A DNA stretch of 63,768 nucleotides. Origin: Chloroflexota bacterium (GTDB lineage: Bacteria > Chloroflexota > Dehalococcoidia > Lucifugimonadales > UBA3495). Positions 44,639 through 53,522 of this stretch are shown here, piece by piece (the first letter of the stretch is position 1; the number at the start of each line of letters is the position of its first letter). Both the position numbers and the translations under genes were made by a program. The stretch spans positions 1 to 63,768 of the forward strand of contig JADFFS010000001.1 in the NCBI GenBank assembly GCA_022568195.1, given 5' to 3'. Under the pieces are notes generated by a model. That model saw only the letters and a list, made by a program, of their open reading frames with translations, had not been told where the DNA came from and did no database searches.

Positions 44639-45922
44639 TTGGAATTTCTAGTCGTCGGGTTGAACCATCGCACCGCTCCCCTGGAGGTTCGGGAAAAGCT
44701 TTCCCTCTCCACGGACGGGTTGTACTCCGGGCTCAAAGCCATGGAGACCTACGACGTCCCAGGCGCTATCCTGTCCACCTGCAACCGTTCCGAGTTCTAC
44801 GCTATGGAGCCGGGTGAAACCCAGGGTTCTCTCGTCGCCTGGGGTGTGGGAGACCAACGCATAAAACAGTTCTTGGTCGACTACTTCGATGTCCCGCTGG
44901 TGGAGTTAGAGCGCTACCTCTACGTGTATCGGGAGCGGGATTGCATACGGCACTTGTTTCGGGTGGTATCCGGCCTAGATTCCATGGTGCTGGGTGAAGA
45001 GCAAATCGTTGGCCAGGTTCGCGACGCCCTGGAGGCCGCCGCCAATACCGGGACCATCGCCGGGCCCCTATCCCATCTGTTCCAGCAAGCGCTGCGGGTA
45101 GGCCGTCGAGTGCGGCGGCAGTCGGGCATCGGCCGGAACGCTCTCTCGGTAAGCCGGGCCTGCGTGGAGCTGGCCAAGAGCAGCCTGGGTAACCTGGGCG
45201 GCCTGAAGGCAATGGTTGTCGGCGCCGGCGACGCCGGGGGCTTAGCGGCAGAGGTGTTGAACCTGTCTGGAGTGAAAGACATCACGGTAACCAACCGCAC
45301 ATACTCCAGAGCGGTGGAGCTGGCCAACACTCTTTCGGGGCAGGCGATACCCTTTCAGGACATGCCCCAGGCCCTGGGAAACGCCGACTTGGTGATTGCT
45401 TCCACCGGCTCTCCAGGCTACGTCTTGGAAGCCAATATGGTGAGGAACGCCATGGTTGGGCGGCCGGATAGACCAATGTTTCTCATGGACATAGCCGTGC
45501 CCCGGGACATAGACCCGGCGGCCGGCCAGATCCCCAACGTATTCCTGCATGACGTAGACGACTTGAACGAGGCCGCCGAAGCGCGGCGGCAGGATAAAGC
45601 CAGGGAAGTCCAATGGGCCGAGGAACTGGTGGAGGAAGAGGTCTTGGAGCTCTTGGATTGGTGCAGGGTTGAGCAAGCCCGCCCCACGGTGATTGCCCTC
45701 CGGGACAAGGCCGAAAAGATACGCGAGGAAGAGCTGAGTAAGACCTTCCGTAAGCTGCAACGGGACCTATCACCCGAGCAGCGGGCAGCCTTGGAGGCCA
45801 TGAGCCGGTCCATCGTTAAAAAGCTGCTTCACGGCCCCACCGTCTACCTGAAGGGCCAGCGTAATTCCAGCGACTTCCATACCGCTCGGGAAATCTTCCA
45901 ACTTCCCGAGGAGGAGAACTAG
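44639..45922 (+). CDS. hemA: Glutamyl-tRNA reductase
   Basis: VVGLNHRTAPLEVREKL, STCNRSEFY and VVGAGDAG. TTG start with GGGAGGAG RBS. Confidence 0.92.
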   Translation: MEFLVVGLNHRTAPLEVREKLSLSTDGLYSGLKAMETYDVPGAILSTCNRSEFYAMEPGETQGSLVAWGVGDQRIKQFLVDYFDVPLVELERYLYVYRERDCIRHLFRVVSGLDSMVLGEEQIVGQVRDALEAAANTGTIAGPLSHLFQQALRVGRRVRRQSGIGRNALSVSRACVELAKSSLGNLGGLKAMVVGAGDAGGLAAEVLNLSGVKDITVTNRTYSRAVELANTLSGQAIPFQDMPQALGNADLVIASTGSPGYVLEANMVRNAMVGRPDRPMFLMDIAVPRDIDPAAGQIPNVFLHDVDDLNEAAEARRQDKAREVQWAEELVEEEVLELLDWCRVEQARPTVIALRDKAEKIREEELSKTFRKLQRDLSPEQRAALEAMSRSIVKKLLHGPTVYLKGQRNSSDFHTAREIFQLPEEEN

Positions 45923-45939
45923 AAGCCTTTCCAGAAGCC

Positions 45940-46599
45940 GTGATCGTTATGTCCTTGGTGGAAAAATACGCTCTGTTACCAGAGGAGATTGACCGGCAAA
46001 GCCTGAGCATGGTGGAAGCCGGTTTGCCAGACTCCCTGCGCCTGAGCCCTTTCGAGCGCTACGTCGTTTGCCGCATCGTGAGAGCCGAAGGCGATACAGA
46101 GATCGCCCAATCCGTTCGCTTCAGTCCCGGGGCTGTGGAGCGCGGCTTGGAAGCCCTTGGAAGGGGAGCGGATGTAGTTACCGACGTGCGGATGGTGGAA
46201 GTAGGCATCTCCAAGGCCTTACTCACCAGCCGGGGCATCTCCACCCGCTGCAGTATAGACACACCTGAAACAGCATCCAGAGCCGTCAAAGAAGGGACCA
46301 CACGCTCGGTTGCCACCGTCCGTGAGTTGGCTCCCCACCTCAACGGAGCCGTGGTAGCCATCGGCAACGCTCCCACCGCCCTGCTGGCCTTGCTGGACCT
46401 GGTCAACGAAGGCAAGGCCGACCCGGCACTGGTAATTGGCATGCCCGTGGGATTCGTGGCCTGCGCCGAGTCCAAGGATGAGCTGATCCGTAGCACCCTC
46501 CCTTATATCTCCATCGAGGGACGGCGCGGCGGAAGCTCGGCGGCGGCCGCCACCGTGAACGCCCTGTTAAGCCTGATGTCCCAGCAGAATGCGCCGTGA
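45940..46599 (+). CDS. cbiC: Cobalt-precorrin-8 methylmutase
   Basis: VVCRIVRAEGD, VVTDVRMV, VAIGNAPTAL and GMPVGFV.A.ESK. Confidence 0.88.
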   Translation: MIVMSLVEKYALLPEEIDRQSLSMVEAGLPDSLRLSPFERYVVCRIVRAEGDTEIAQSVRFSPGAVERGLEALGRGADVVTDVRMVEVGISKALLTSRGISTRCSIDTPETASRAVKEGTTRSVATVRELAPHLNGAVVAIGNAPTALLALLDLVNEGKADPALVIGMPVGFVACAESKDELIRSTLPYISIEGRRGGSSAAAATVNALLSLMSQQNAP

Positions 46600-47525
46600 C
46601 CAGCGGCCCCATGGATACGCGTTCAACCAGTGGAAACGGCCACGCCTCACGGGATGGCCTTTGGGGAGTGGTTTTCTTGGCCCATGGCAGCCAACGCGGC
46701 GCTAGCCCCGCCGAATGTTCCTGTTTCTGGCAATCCGGTGGCTCGGGCACTCCGGAATGGTGCCGTCATTGCCCCAGCACGCCAACGGGCCTCCAAGACG
46801 CCGCAGACCGCCTTCAAATATCCCTGGGCCAGGACCGGGCACGCGTGGTGCTCACCTGCTTGGAGTTCATCGAGCCGCACCCGGACCAGACCGTCCATCG
46901 AATGGCCGAACAAGGGCTGAGCCGGGTGGTGGTGGTTCCCTACTTGCTGGGTCAAGGGAAACACGTAACCTTGGAGATGGACGAGGTCCTGGGCGCATTG
47001 CGCGCCGAGTTGCCTCATCTGCGGTTGTACCTGGCCGAGAGCTTGGGCCCTGACCCCAGAATGGCTGATATTGTGACTGAACGAGTGCGGGCCCAGGCGG
47101 AGTACCTTCCTGCACGGGACCAGGGGAAGCCCACCGGCGTACTGCTGGTTAAAGCCGGCACCAAGAACCAGTACGACGACTGCGTCTGGCTGGAGGAACT
47201 GGGCCGGATGGTGGAAATGCGTTTGGGGTTGGGATATGCTGTAGCCATAGCGCAATCCCATTACGGAGACCCCACGGTGGAAGCCGGCGCTGCCCGGCTG
47301 GTGGATGACCTGGGAGTGGCGTCGATCATCGTCGTGCCTTACATTTTTTTCCCGGGGCTCATCCTAAAGAGAAACGTCCTGGGCGGTATGGACCGGCTGC
47401 AGAAGCTCTATCCTGGGGTTTCCCTGGCCGTTACGCCTCCCCTGGGAGTGGACGACCGGCTGGTGGCCGTGGCCGCCGACCACATCCGCCGGGTGTGGGA
47501 CCAGGTTGAAAACGACGGTACTTAA
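46596..47525 (+). CDS. cbiX: Sirohydrochlorin cobaltochelatase CbiX (two-domain form)
   Basis: VVFLAHGSQ, VVVVPYLLGQGKH, and a second half with LLVKAGT and IIVVPYIFFPG. It carries an extra Cys-rich insert. Confidence 0.75.
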   Translation: MTSGPMDTRSTSGNGHASRDGLWGVVFLAHGSQRGASPAECSCFWQSGGSGTPEWCRHCPSTPTGLQDAADRLQISLGQDRARVVLTCLEFIEPHPDQTVHRMAEQGLSRVVVVPYLLGQGKHVTLEMDEVLGALRAELPHLRLYLAESLGPDPRMADIVTERVRAQAEYLPARDQGKPTGVLLVKAGTKNQYDDCVWLEELGRMVEMRLGLGYAVAIAQSHYGDPTVEAGAARLVDDLGVASIIVVPYIFFPGLILKRNVLGGMDRLQKLYPGVSLAVTPPLGVDDRLVAVAADHIRRVWDQVENDGT

Positions 47526-47564
47526 AAACCGTACTTAAAGCAGGACCAAGGCTTTGAATAGCCC

Positions 47565-48788
47565 ATGACTCTGGACAAGAGCAGCCACGAGAAGCCAGAA
47601 AGCGACTACAGCCGTCAGACTGTAAAGCGGCGCAGCTTGCGCACCGGTTATACCACCGGCGCCTGTGCCGCGGCTGCCGCCAAGGCTGCCACGCTGACTT
47701 TGCTTACCGGCGAGCCGGTGCCGGAGGTAACGATTCATCTACCGGTGGGCCGAGACGCCACCTTCGCGGTCCATAGGTGCCAGCAGCTAGACGGCGGCAA
47801 AAAGGTAATGTGCTCTGTGATCAAAGACGGAGGGGACGATCCGGACGTAACCCACGGCGCGGAGATCTGCGCCACCGTGTCTCGGGACCCCTCGGCCGCC
47901 GATGGCGTGCGTCTGATGGCCGGACCCGGCGTGGGCACGGTGACCCGTCCCGGCACCGGCATCGACGTTGGCGAACCTGCCATCACCCGGATACCCAGAC
48001 GCATGATCGTAACATCTGTGGGTGAAGCCGCTGGAGGCCATGAGACTGCCAAGAATTCTGGCGAGAATTCCGGCTTTGTCGTGGAGATATCGGTCACGAA
48101 CGGGGAGGAGATCGCCGAGAAGACCACCAACGCCCGCCTGGGGGTTCTGGGCGGCATCTCTATACTGGGCAGCACCGGAGTGGTCCAGCCCTACTCCACC
48201 GCGGCATGGCGGGCCAGCGTCCATTTAGCCATTGACGTGGCGGCTGCCAATGACCTTTCTCACCTGGTACTGTCCACCGGCACCCAGAGCGAGGCTTTCG
48301 CCAAGAACTACCTGGACCTGCCGGACATGGCCTACGTGGAGGCGGGCATCTTTAGCGGTCCATCCTTGAAGCGCTGTGTGATGCGGAAGATTAACCGGGC
48401 CACCCACGTGGGCATGGTGGGCAAGCTGTCCAAAATGGCCATGGGGTACTTCGTAACCCACGTGGCGGGCAACCGGGTGGACACTTCCTTCCTGGCAACA
48501 TTGGCGGCTCAGTGCGGCGCTTCCAGCCAGGTCCAGGAGGAGATTACCGGCGCGTCCAGCGCCCGGCATTTCCAGGAAATCGCCCAGGCCAACGACCTGC
48601 TGTCCGTGTTTCCCTTGATGTGCAGCATGGTGTGTTCCGAAAGCCAGAAACTGCTTGGAGACGATGGGGACAGCCTGATAGTGGACACCCTTTGCTTCGA
48701 CTTCGACGGCGCCTTATTGGGGCACGCTTCCACGTCTCCTGACGGGGTCCCGTTGGTAGCCGCCTTGGGATCGGCGTCTCATGGCTAA
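47565..48788 (+). CDS. cbiD: Cobalt-precorrin-5B (C1)-methyltransferase
   Basis: LRTGYTTGACAAAAAKAA, KDGGDDPDVTHG and GILGSTGVV.PYS. Confidence 0.9.
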   Translation: MTLDKSSHEKPESDYSRQTVKRRSLRTGYTTGACAAAAAKAATLTLLTGEPVPEVTIHLPVGRDATFAVHRCQQLDGGKKVMCSVIKDGGDDPDVTHGAEICATVSRDPSAADGVRLMAGPGVGTVTRPGTGIDVGEPAITRIPRRMIVTSVGEAAGGHETAKNSGENSGFVVEISVTNGEEIAEKTTNARLGVLGGISILGSTGVVQPYSTAAWRASVHLAIDVAAANDLSHLVLSTGTQSEAFAKNYLDLPDMAYVEAGIFSGPSLKRCVMRKINRATHVGMVGKLSKMAMGYFVTHVAGNRVDTSFLATLAAQCGASSQVQEEITGASSARHFQEIAQANDLLSVFPLMCSMVCSESQKLLGDDGDSLIVDTLCFDFDGALLGHASTSPDGVPLVAALGSASHG

Positions 48789-49386
48789 GGTCGCTCTGAC
48801 CCGAGGATTGGGGCTTCCCGATGAGGCCTTTGAGCAGCGGCGGCCGTTGCGGGGGCAGATTACCAAGCGCGAGGTGCGGGCTGTAAGCCTCTACTCCCTG
48901 GGTCTCCGGCACGATAGCGTGGTTTGGGATATCGGGGCCGGGACCGGCTCGATCTCGGTGGAGGCGTCGCTGATCTGCTGGCAGGGGGCCGTGTACGCCA
49001 TCGAACGAGACCAAGCCAGCCTTCCACTGCTGCAAGCAAACGTGGACAAGTGGGGCTCGGACAACGTTCGGGTGGTGCCCGGCGAGGCGCCGCAGGCACT
49101 GGATGGCCTGCCCGACCCGGACGCCGTCTTCGTGGGGGGCAGCGGCGGCCATCTAAACGACATTCTTGTTACGGTGAGTGTGCGTCTCAAGCCCGGTGGC
49201 AGGGTCGTCGTCAATCTGGCCGCCTTGGACCGGACTCAGCAGGTGTACGACACTTTGAAAGCCATGGAATTCCAGCCGGAGATGACGATGGTAAGCTCGG
49301 CCCGCGGCAAGGAGATGCCCGACGGCGCCGTCCGTCTGGAGTCGTTAAACCCGGTCTTCGTGGTGACCGGCCAGCGAAAAGGTTAA
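48781..49386 (+). CDS. cbiT: Cobalt-precorrin-6B (C15)-methyltransferase, decarboxylating
   Basis: GLPDEAFEQ....ITKREVRAVSLYSLGL...VVWDIGAGTGSISVEA. Confidence 0.88.
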   Translation: MAKVALTRGLGLPDEAFEQRRPLRGQITKREVRAVSLYSLGLRHDSVVWDIGAGTGSISVEASLICWQGAVYAIERDQASLPLLQANVDKWGSDNVRVVPGEAPQALDGLPDPDAVFVGGSGGHLNDILVTVSVRLKPGGRVVVNLAALDRTQQVYDTLKAMEFQPEMTMVSSARGKEMPDGAVRLESLNPVFVVTGQRKG

Positions 49387-49390
49387 CCCG

Positions 49391-50116
49391 ATGAGTACCA
49401 ACGACAACACCTCCCAATACGGGACCCTGTACGGAGTCGGCGTAGGACCCGGGGACCCGGAGCTACTGACCTTGAAGGCCCTGCGAATCCTTGAACAGGT
49501 GCCGGTGGTCTGCGCCCCTCAGTCTGAGACCAGCCAGGAAAGCTACGCCCTGGATATCGTGCGGCAATTCTTGGTTGAAGGGAAGCAGGAAATCCTGCGG
49601 ATACAATTCCCCACCGACGACGCCGAGGGCGCGGCTGCGGTGTGGCGGGACGCCGCCGACACCTTGGGAGAGCACCTCCTGCAAGGCAAAGACGTGGCGT
49701 TTATTACCGAAGGCGATCCAATGCTGTACAGCACCTTCGCCTACGTGCTGGAAAGCGTCTGCACCCAGTATCCCGACATATCCGTTGAAATAATCCCCGG
49801 TGTCTCCTCGGTGATGGCCGCCGCCGCCAGCGCCGGAGTCCCCCTGGTCACCCACGGCCAGCGCCTGGCCATCCTGCCGGCGGTGTACGGAATCGACGAC
49901 CTCTCCGAGGCCATCTCCAGTTACGACACCATCGTATTGATGAAAGTAAACCGAACTCTGCTGCAAGCCCTGGCCAATCTGGAGCAGCTGGGTTTGGCGG
50001 GAAAGGGCATCTACGTCCGCCGGGCCTCCACCGCCCGGGAAGAGGTTATCACGGACCTGGGCCGTCTATCCGATGAGGACCTGGACTACTTTTCATTGCT
50101 GATTATTAAGAGGTAG
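49391..50116 (+). CDS. cbiL: Cobalt-precorrin-2 C20-methyltransferase
   Basis: GTLYGVGVGPGDPELLTLKALRIL and FITEGDPMLYSTF. Confidence 0.88.
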   Translation: MSTNDNTSQYGTLYGVGVGPGDPELLTLKALRILEQVPVVCAPQSETSQESYALDIVRQFLVEGKQEILRIQFPTDDAEGAAAVWRDAADTLGEHLLQGKDVAFITEGDPMLYSTFAYVLESVCTQYPDISVEIIPGVSSVMAAAASAGVPLVTHGQRLAILPAVYGIDDLSEAISSYDTIVLMKVNRTLLQALANLEQLGLAGKGIYVRRASTAREEVITDLGRLSDEDLDYFSLLIIKR

Positions 50117-50121
50117 GACCT

Positions 50122-50973
50122 ATGGCCGGACCGAAGGGAAAGGTGTACATAGTCGGCGGTGGGCCCGGAGACCCGGAGTTGCTGACCTTGAAGGCGAAAG
50201 CAATTATCGAGTCTTCAGACGTCATTATCTACGCCGACTCGCTGGTGCACCCCGACGTGGTGGCCTTCGCCCGTCCCGACGCTGAGATACACGGCAGCAA
50301 GACCCTGAACCTGGGCGAGATCATGGACATTACGCTGCAAGCGGTTCGGGAAGGAAAAACCGTGGCCCGCATTCAAAGCGGCGACCCGGCGGTCTACGGG
50401 GCCATCCTGGAGCAGATGCAGATTCTGGAAGCCGAGCACGTGGATTACGAGATAATCCCAGGGGTCAGCGCCGCTTTTGCCGCGGCCGCCCGCCTCAAAG
50501 CCGAGCTTACGGTCCCGGGAGGGTCCCAGACGGTCATCATGACCCGCGTGGAGGGCCGCGTTTCCATGCCTCCCGGGGAGCAATTAAGGGACCTGGCGGC
50601 CCATGGGTGTACCTTGGTCCTGTTCCTGAGCATCACCCGCACCACAGGCATTGTCCGGGAGTTGATAGAGGCAGGATATCCAGAGTCCACCCCGGTAGCC
50701 GTGGTCTACCGGGTGGGCTGGCCCGACGAAAAGGTTATCCGGGGCACCCTGGCGGACCTCGCGGAAAAGGTGCGCGCCGCCAAAATAACATTGCAGGCTA
50801 TCATCATAGTGGGCCAGGCCGTGGACCCGGCCCTGTTGAACCCCGGCGCCGACCTGCACCCGGATGTGTCGACCTCCCACCTCTATTCCGAAGACTATAC
50901 CCACCTCTACCGCCTGGGACAGTCCAGGCGAGGCGCTGCCCAGGCCACCCCCTCCGCCACCGATGAACCGTGA
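50122..50973 (+). CDS. cbiF: Cobalt-precorrin-4 C11-methyltransferase
   Basis: KVYIVGGGPGDPELLTLKA...DVIIYADSLV, SGDPAVYGA and IPGVSA. Confidence 0.9.
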   Translation: MAGPKGKVYIVGGGPGDPELLTLKAKAIIESSDVIIYADSLVHPDVVAFARPDAEIHGSKTLNLGEIMDITLQAVREGKTVARIQSGDPAVYGAILEQMQILEAEHVDYEIIPGVSAAFAAAARLKAELTVPGGSQTVIMTRVEGRVSMPPGEQLRDLAAHGCTLVLFLSITRTTGIVRELIEAGYPESTPVAVVYRVGWPDEKVIRGTLADLAEKVRAAKITLQAIIIVGQAVDPALLNPGADLHPDVSTSHLYSEDYTHLYRLGQSRRGAAQATPSATDEP

Positions 50974-52162
50974 GGTCGCAAGTTCCATGGCCAGCACCGC
51001 CATAGTTGCGATATCGCGCCGGGGTTCGGACTTGGCTCGTTCTTTGGCAACCTCTCTGGGCGGCAGCACGACCCTGTACCTGGAAAGACGGTTGCTGGCG
51101 GACTCCGATGACGCCGTGGCCTTTGACCTGCCGGCGCGTCCTGTAGTAAAACAAGTTTTCGAAAAGCACGAAAAGCTGGTGCTGCTGATGCCGGTAGGCG
51201 CGGCGGTGCGGCTGCTGTCTCCCTACCTGTCGGACAAGCACACCGACCCCGCCGTGGTGTGCGTGGATGATGCCGGGCGTTTCGCGGTAAGCCTCCTGTC
51301 CGGCCACCTGGGCGGCGCCGACAGTTTGGCCCAAGAGGTGGCCCATGCCCTGGGAGCCACGGCGGTGGTGACCTCGGCCTCCCACGTTACCGGTACGCTG
51401 GCGGTGGACATGCTGGGCCAGGAGTTCGGCTGGCAACTGGAAGCCGCCCCCCTCACCGTGACCCGGGCCAGCGCGGCGGTGGTCAACGGAGACCCGGTGG
51501 GCATCTACCAGGAGACTGGTGAGCCGGATTGGTGGCCGGCGGACCTGCCGCTACCGCAAAACCTCCAGGCTTTTTCCACGCTGGAAGCCTTGGCCGCCGC
51601 TCCCTGCCGCGCAGCGTTGGTAATCACCGATCGCCGGGCGCCGCCGGGAAGCAAGTCTCGGACCTACAATTCCGCGCTGCCCCGTAAATACACGGTGGTC
51701 TACCGGCCGCGCAGCCTGGCAGTGGGTCTGGGATGCCGCCGGGGAGTGCCAACGGGAGAGTTGGAGAAGCTGCTGGACCAGACGTTCCGGCGCAACAATC
51801 TCTCTCCAAAAAGCATAAGATGCATCGCCACGGCCCAGTTGAAGCAGGACGAGCCGGGCATCCTGAGTCTGGCGGAAAAATTGGGAGTGCCGCTACACTG
51901 CTACAGCAACCAGGAGTTGAACGCCGTGTTTGAGGGCCAGCCCCAAAGTACCGAGTCTCCGGAAGACTGGAACGCCGAAGATGGCGACGCCGATGGCCCC
52001 GGCACCCGCCCGACCCGGTCCGAGGCGCCCCACCGGCTGTTGGGGGTTTGGGGGGTATCGGAACCCGCGGCGTTGCTGGCCGCCGGGGCAAAGGAATTGG
52101 TGGTCGCCAAGGAGAAGACGTCCCGGGCCACCATCGCCATCGCCCGCGTCCGTTTTGAATAG
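50963..52162 (+). CDS. cbiG: Cobalt-precorrin-5A hydrolase
   Basis: AIVAISRRGSDLARSLA and the C-terminal LAVGLGCRRGVP..EL.....F......KSIRCIATAQLKQDEPG.L.LAEKLGVPL. I set the start at ATG 50963, overlapping cbiF. ATG 50987 is an alternative. Confidence 0.85.
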   Translation: MNREVASSMASTAIVAISRRGSDLARSLATSLGGSTTLYLERRLLADSDDAVAFDLPARPVVKQVFEKHEKLVLLMPVGAAVRLLSPYLSDKHTDPAVVCVDDAGRFAVSLLSGHLGGADSLAQEVAHALGATAVVTSASHVTGTLAVDMLGQEFGWQLEAAPLTVTRASAAVVNGDPVGIYQETGEPDWWPADLPLPQNLQAFSTLEALAAAPCRAALVITDRRAPPGSKSRTYNSALPRKYTVVYRPRSLAVGLGCRRGVPTGELEKLLDQTFRRNNLSPKSIRCIATAQLKQDEPGILSLAEKLGVPLHCYSNQELNAVFEGQPQSTESPEDWNAEDGDADGPGTRPTRSEAPHRLLGVWGVSEPAALLAAGAKELVVAKEKTSRATIAIARVRFE

Positions 52163-52247
52163 CCACAGAGACACAGAGGCGCAGAGATAGATCAGTTAAA
52201 CCCGCTACCCGATTAAGATTGGCCACGGAGGCACAGAGACACGGAGA
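52162..52247 (+). repeat. Two direct copies of a 26-nt CACAGAGACAC-type motif upstream of the GxxExxY ORF
   Basis: GCCACAGAGACACAGAGGCGCAGAGA (52162-52187) and GCCACGGAGGCACAGAGACACGGAGA (52222-52247). Each is followed by an ATCAGTTAA-containing segment. The first copy abuts the cbiG stop. Confidence 0.85.
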
Positions 52248-52297
52248 TCGACCAATTAAATCAGTTAACCGAGAAGATTATTGGATGTGCTATAGAG

Positions 52298-52618
52298 GTG
52301 CACCGGCACCTGGGGCCAGGGCTCCTAGAGCAAACCTATGAAGAAGCGATCTGTGTAGAATTCGAGCTCTGCGGCCTGAACTTCCGGCGCCAAATGGCCG
52401 TTCCTCTGAGCTATAAAGGCCGGGATATTGGCGAATACCGGATTGACATCCTGGTTGAAGATTCTGTGGTAGTGGAAATCAAGAGTGTCGAACGACACGA
52501 GCCCGTTTTTGAGGCGCAAGTCCTGACCTACTTAAAGATCACCAGCAAAAAAGTTGGATTGCTAATCAACTTCAATTCAAGGCTGCTCAAAAATGGCATC
52601 AAACGCCTTATTCTCTAA
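52298..52618 (+). CDS. GxxExxY protein (PD-(D/E)XK nuclease fold, PDDEXK_3-like)
   Basis: HRHLGPGLLEQTYEEAICVEF (GxxExxY), EYRIDILVEDSVVVEIKSV (D..ExK) and GLLINFN. The frame is open from 52217 (DWPRRHRDTEIDQLNQLTEKIIGCAIEV), but the first canonical start is GTG 52298. Confidence 0.8.
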   Translation: MHRHLGPGLLEQTYEEAICVEFELCGLNFRRQMAVPLSYKGRDIGEYRIDILVEDSVVVEIKSVERHEPVFEAQVLTYLKITSKKVGLLINFNSRLLKNGIKRLIL

Positions 52619-52620
52619 AT

Positions 52621-52646
52621 TCTCCGTGTCTCTGTGGCTCCGTGGC
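52621..52646 (-). repeat. Inverted copy of the 26-nt motif, closing the GxxExxY cassette
   Basis: The reverse complement of TCTCCGTGTCTCTGTGGCTCCGTGGC is GCCACGGAGCCACAGAGACACGGAGA, 25/26 identical to 52222-52247. It contains the cbiH GTG start (52642). Confidence 0.85.
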
Positions 52647-53454
52647 TAATACGGGCGGGGGAAAGCTCTACCTGGTAGGCCTGGGGCCTGGCGGCTCGAG
52701 CCACCTGACCCACGCTGCCGTGGCTGCCCTACAGGACTGCGATGCAGTGGTCGGGTACCGCGTGTACATCGACCAAGCGGCCGAACTTCTGGAGGGCAAG
52801 GAGCTGGTGGCCATGGAGCTGGGCCAGGAGATGGAGCGGGCCACCAAAGCGGTGGAGATGGCCTACAGCGGCCGGGTGGTTGCGGTGGTTTCCTCTGGAG
52901 ACGCCGGGATATACGGTATGTCCGGCCCGGTGTTTCAGGTTCTAACCGATTTGGGCTGGGACGGAGACAACCCTCCGGTAGAGACCATCCCCGGAGTCTC
53001 AGCGATGCAGGCCGCCGCCGCCTTGTTGGGCGCGCCTTTGATGCAGGACTTTTGCGCCATCAGCCTCAGCGACCTGCTCACCCCCTGGGATGCCATCCGC
53101 CGCCGGTTGGAAGCCGCGGCCCAAGGCGACTTCGTGGTTGCCCTGTACAACCCGCGCAGCCGGGGGCGCCAGTGGCAAATCCTCGAGGCCCGCAAGATCT
53201 TGTTGCAGCACCGTTCGGGCCAGACGCCGGTGGGCATCGTGCGGGACGCCTTTCGCCCTGGGCAAAGTGTGACCATCACGGACCTGGAACACCTGGTGGA
53301 CCATGCCGAGGCCATTGACATGGTTACTACCGTGCTGGTAGGCAACTCCACCACATACTTGCACCAAGGGCACATGGCGACGCCCAGAGGATACGAGGGG
53401 AAAATCGCCGGACAACCCCAGGACCGCTCTCAACCGCCTCCAGCGGCGCCCTAG
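52642..53454 (+). CDS. cbiH: Cobalt-precorrin-3B C17-methyltransferase
   Basis: KLYLVGLGPGGSSHLTHAAVAALQDCDAVVGYRVYID, SGDAGIYGM and IPGVSA. Confidence 0.88.
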   Translation: MANTGGGKLYLVGLGPGGSSHLTHAAVAALQDCDAVVGYRVYIDQAAELLEGKELVAMELGQEMERATKAVEMAYSGRVVAVVSSGDAGIYGMSGPVFQVLTDLGWDGDNPPVETIPGVSAMQAAAALLGAPLMQDFCAISLSDLLTPWDAIRRRLEAAAQGDFVVALYNPRSRGRQWQILEARKILLQHRSGQTPVGIVRDAFRPGQSVTITDLEHLVDHAEAIDMVTTVLVGNSTTYLHQGHMATPRGYEGKIAGQPQDRSQPPPAAP

Positions 53455-53522
53455 CCGGCGTTTTAATCATTGTGGCCGCTTCCGCAATCTTGGCGCGTTC
53501 GCTTGGTTGATGGAATAACGTC

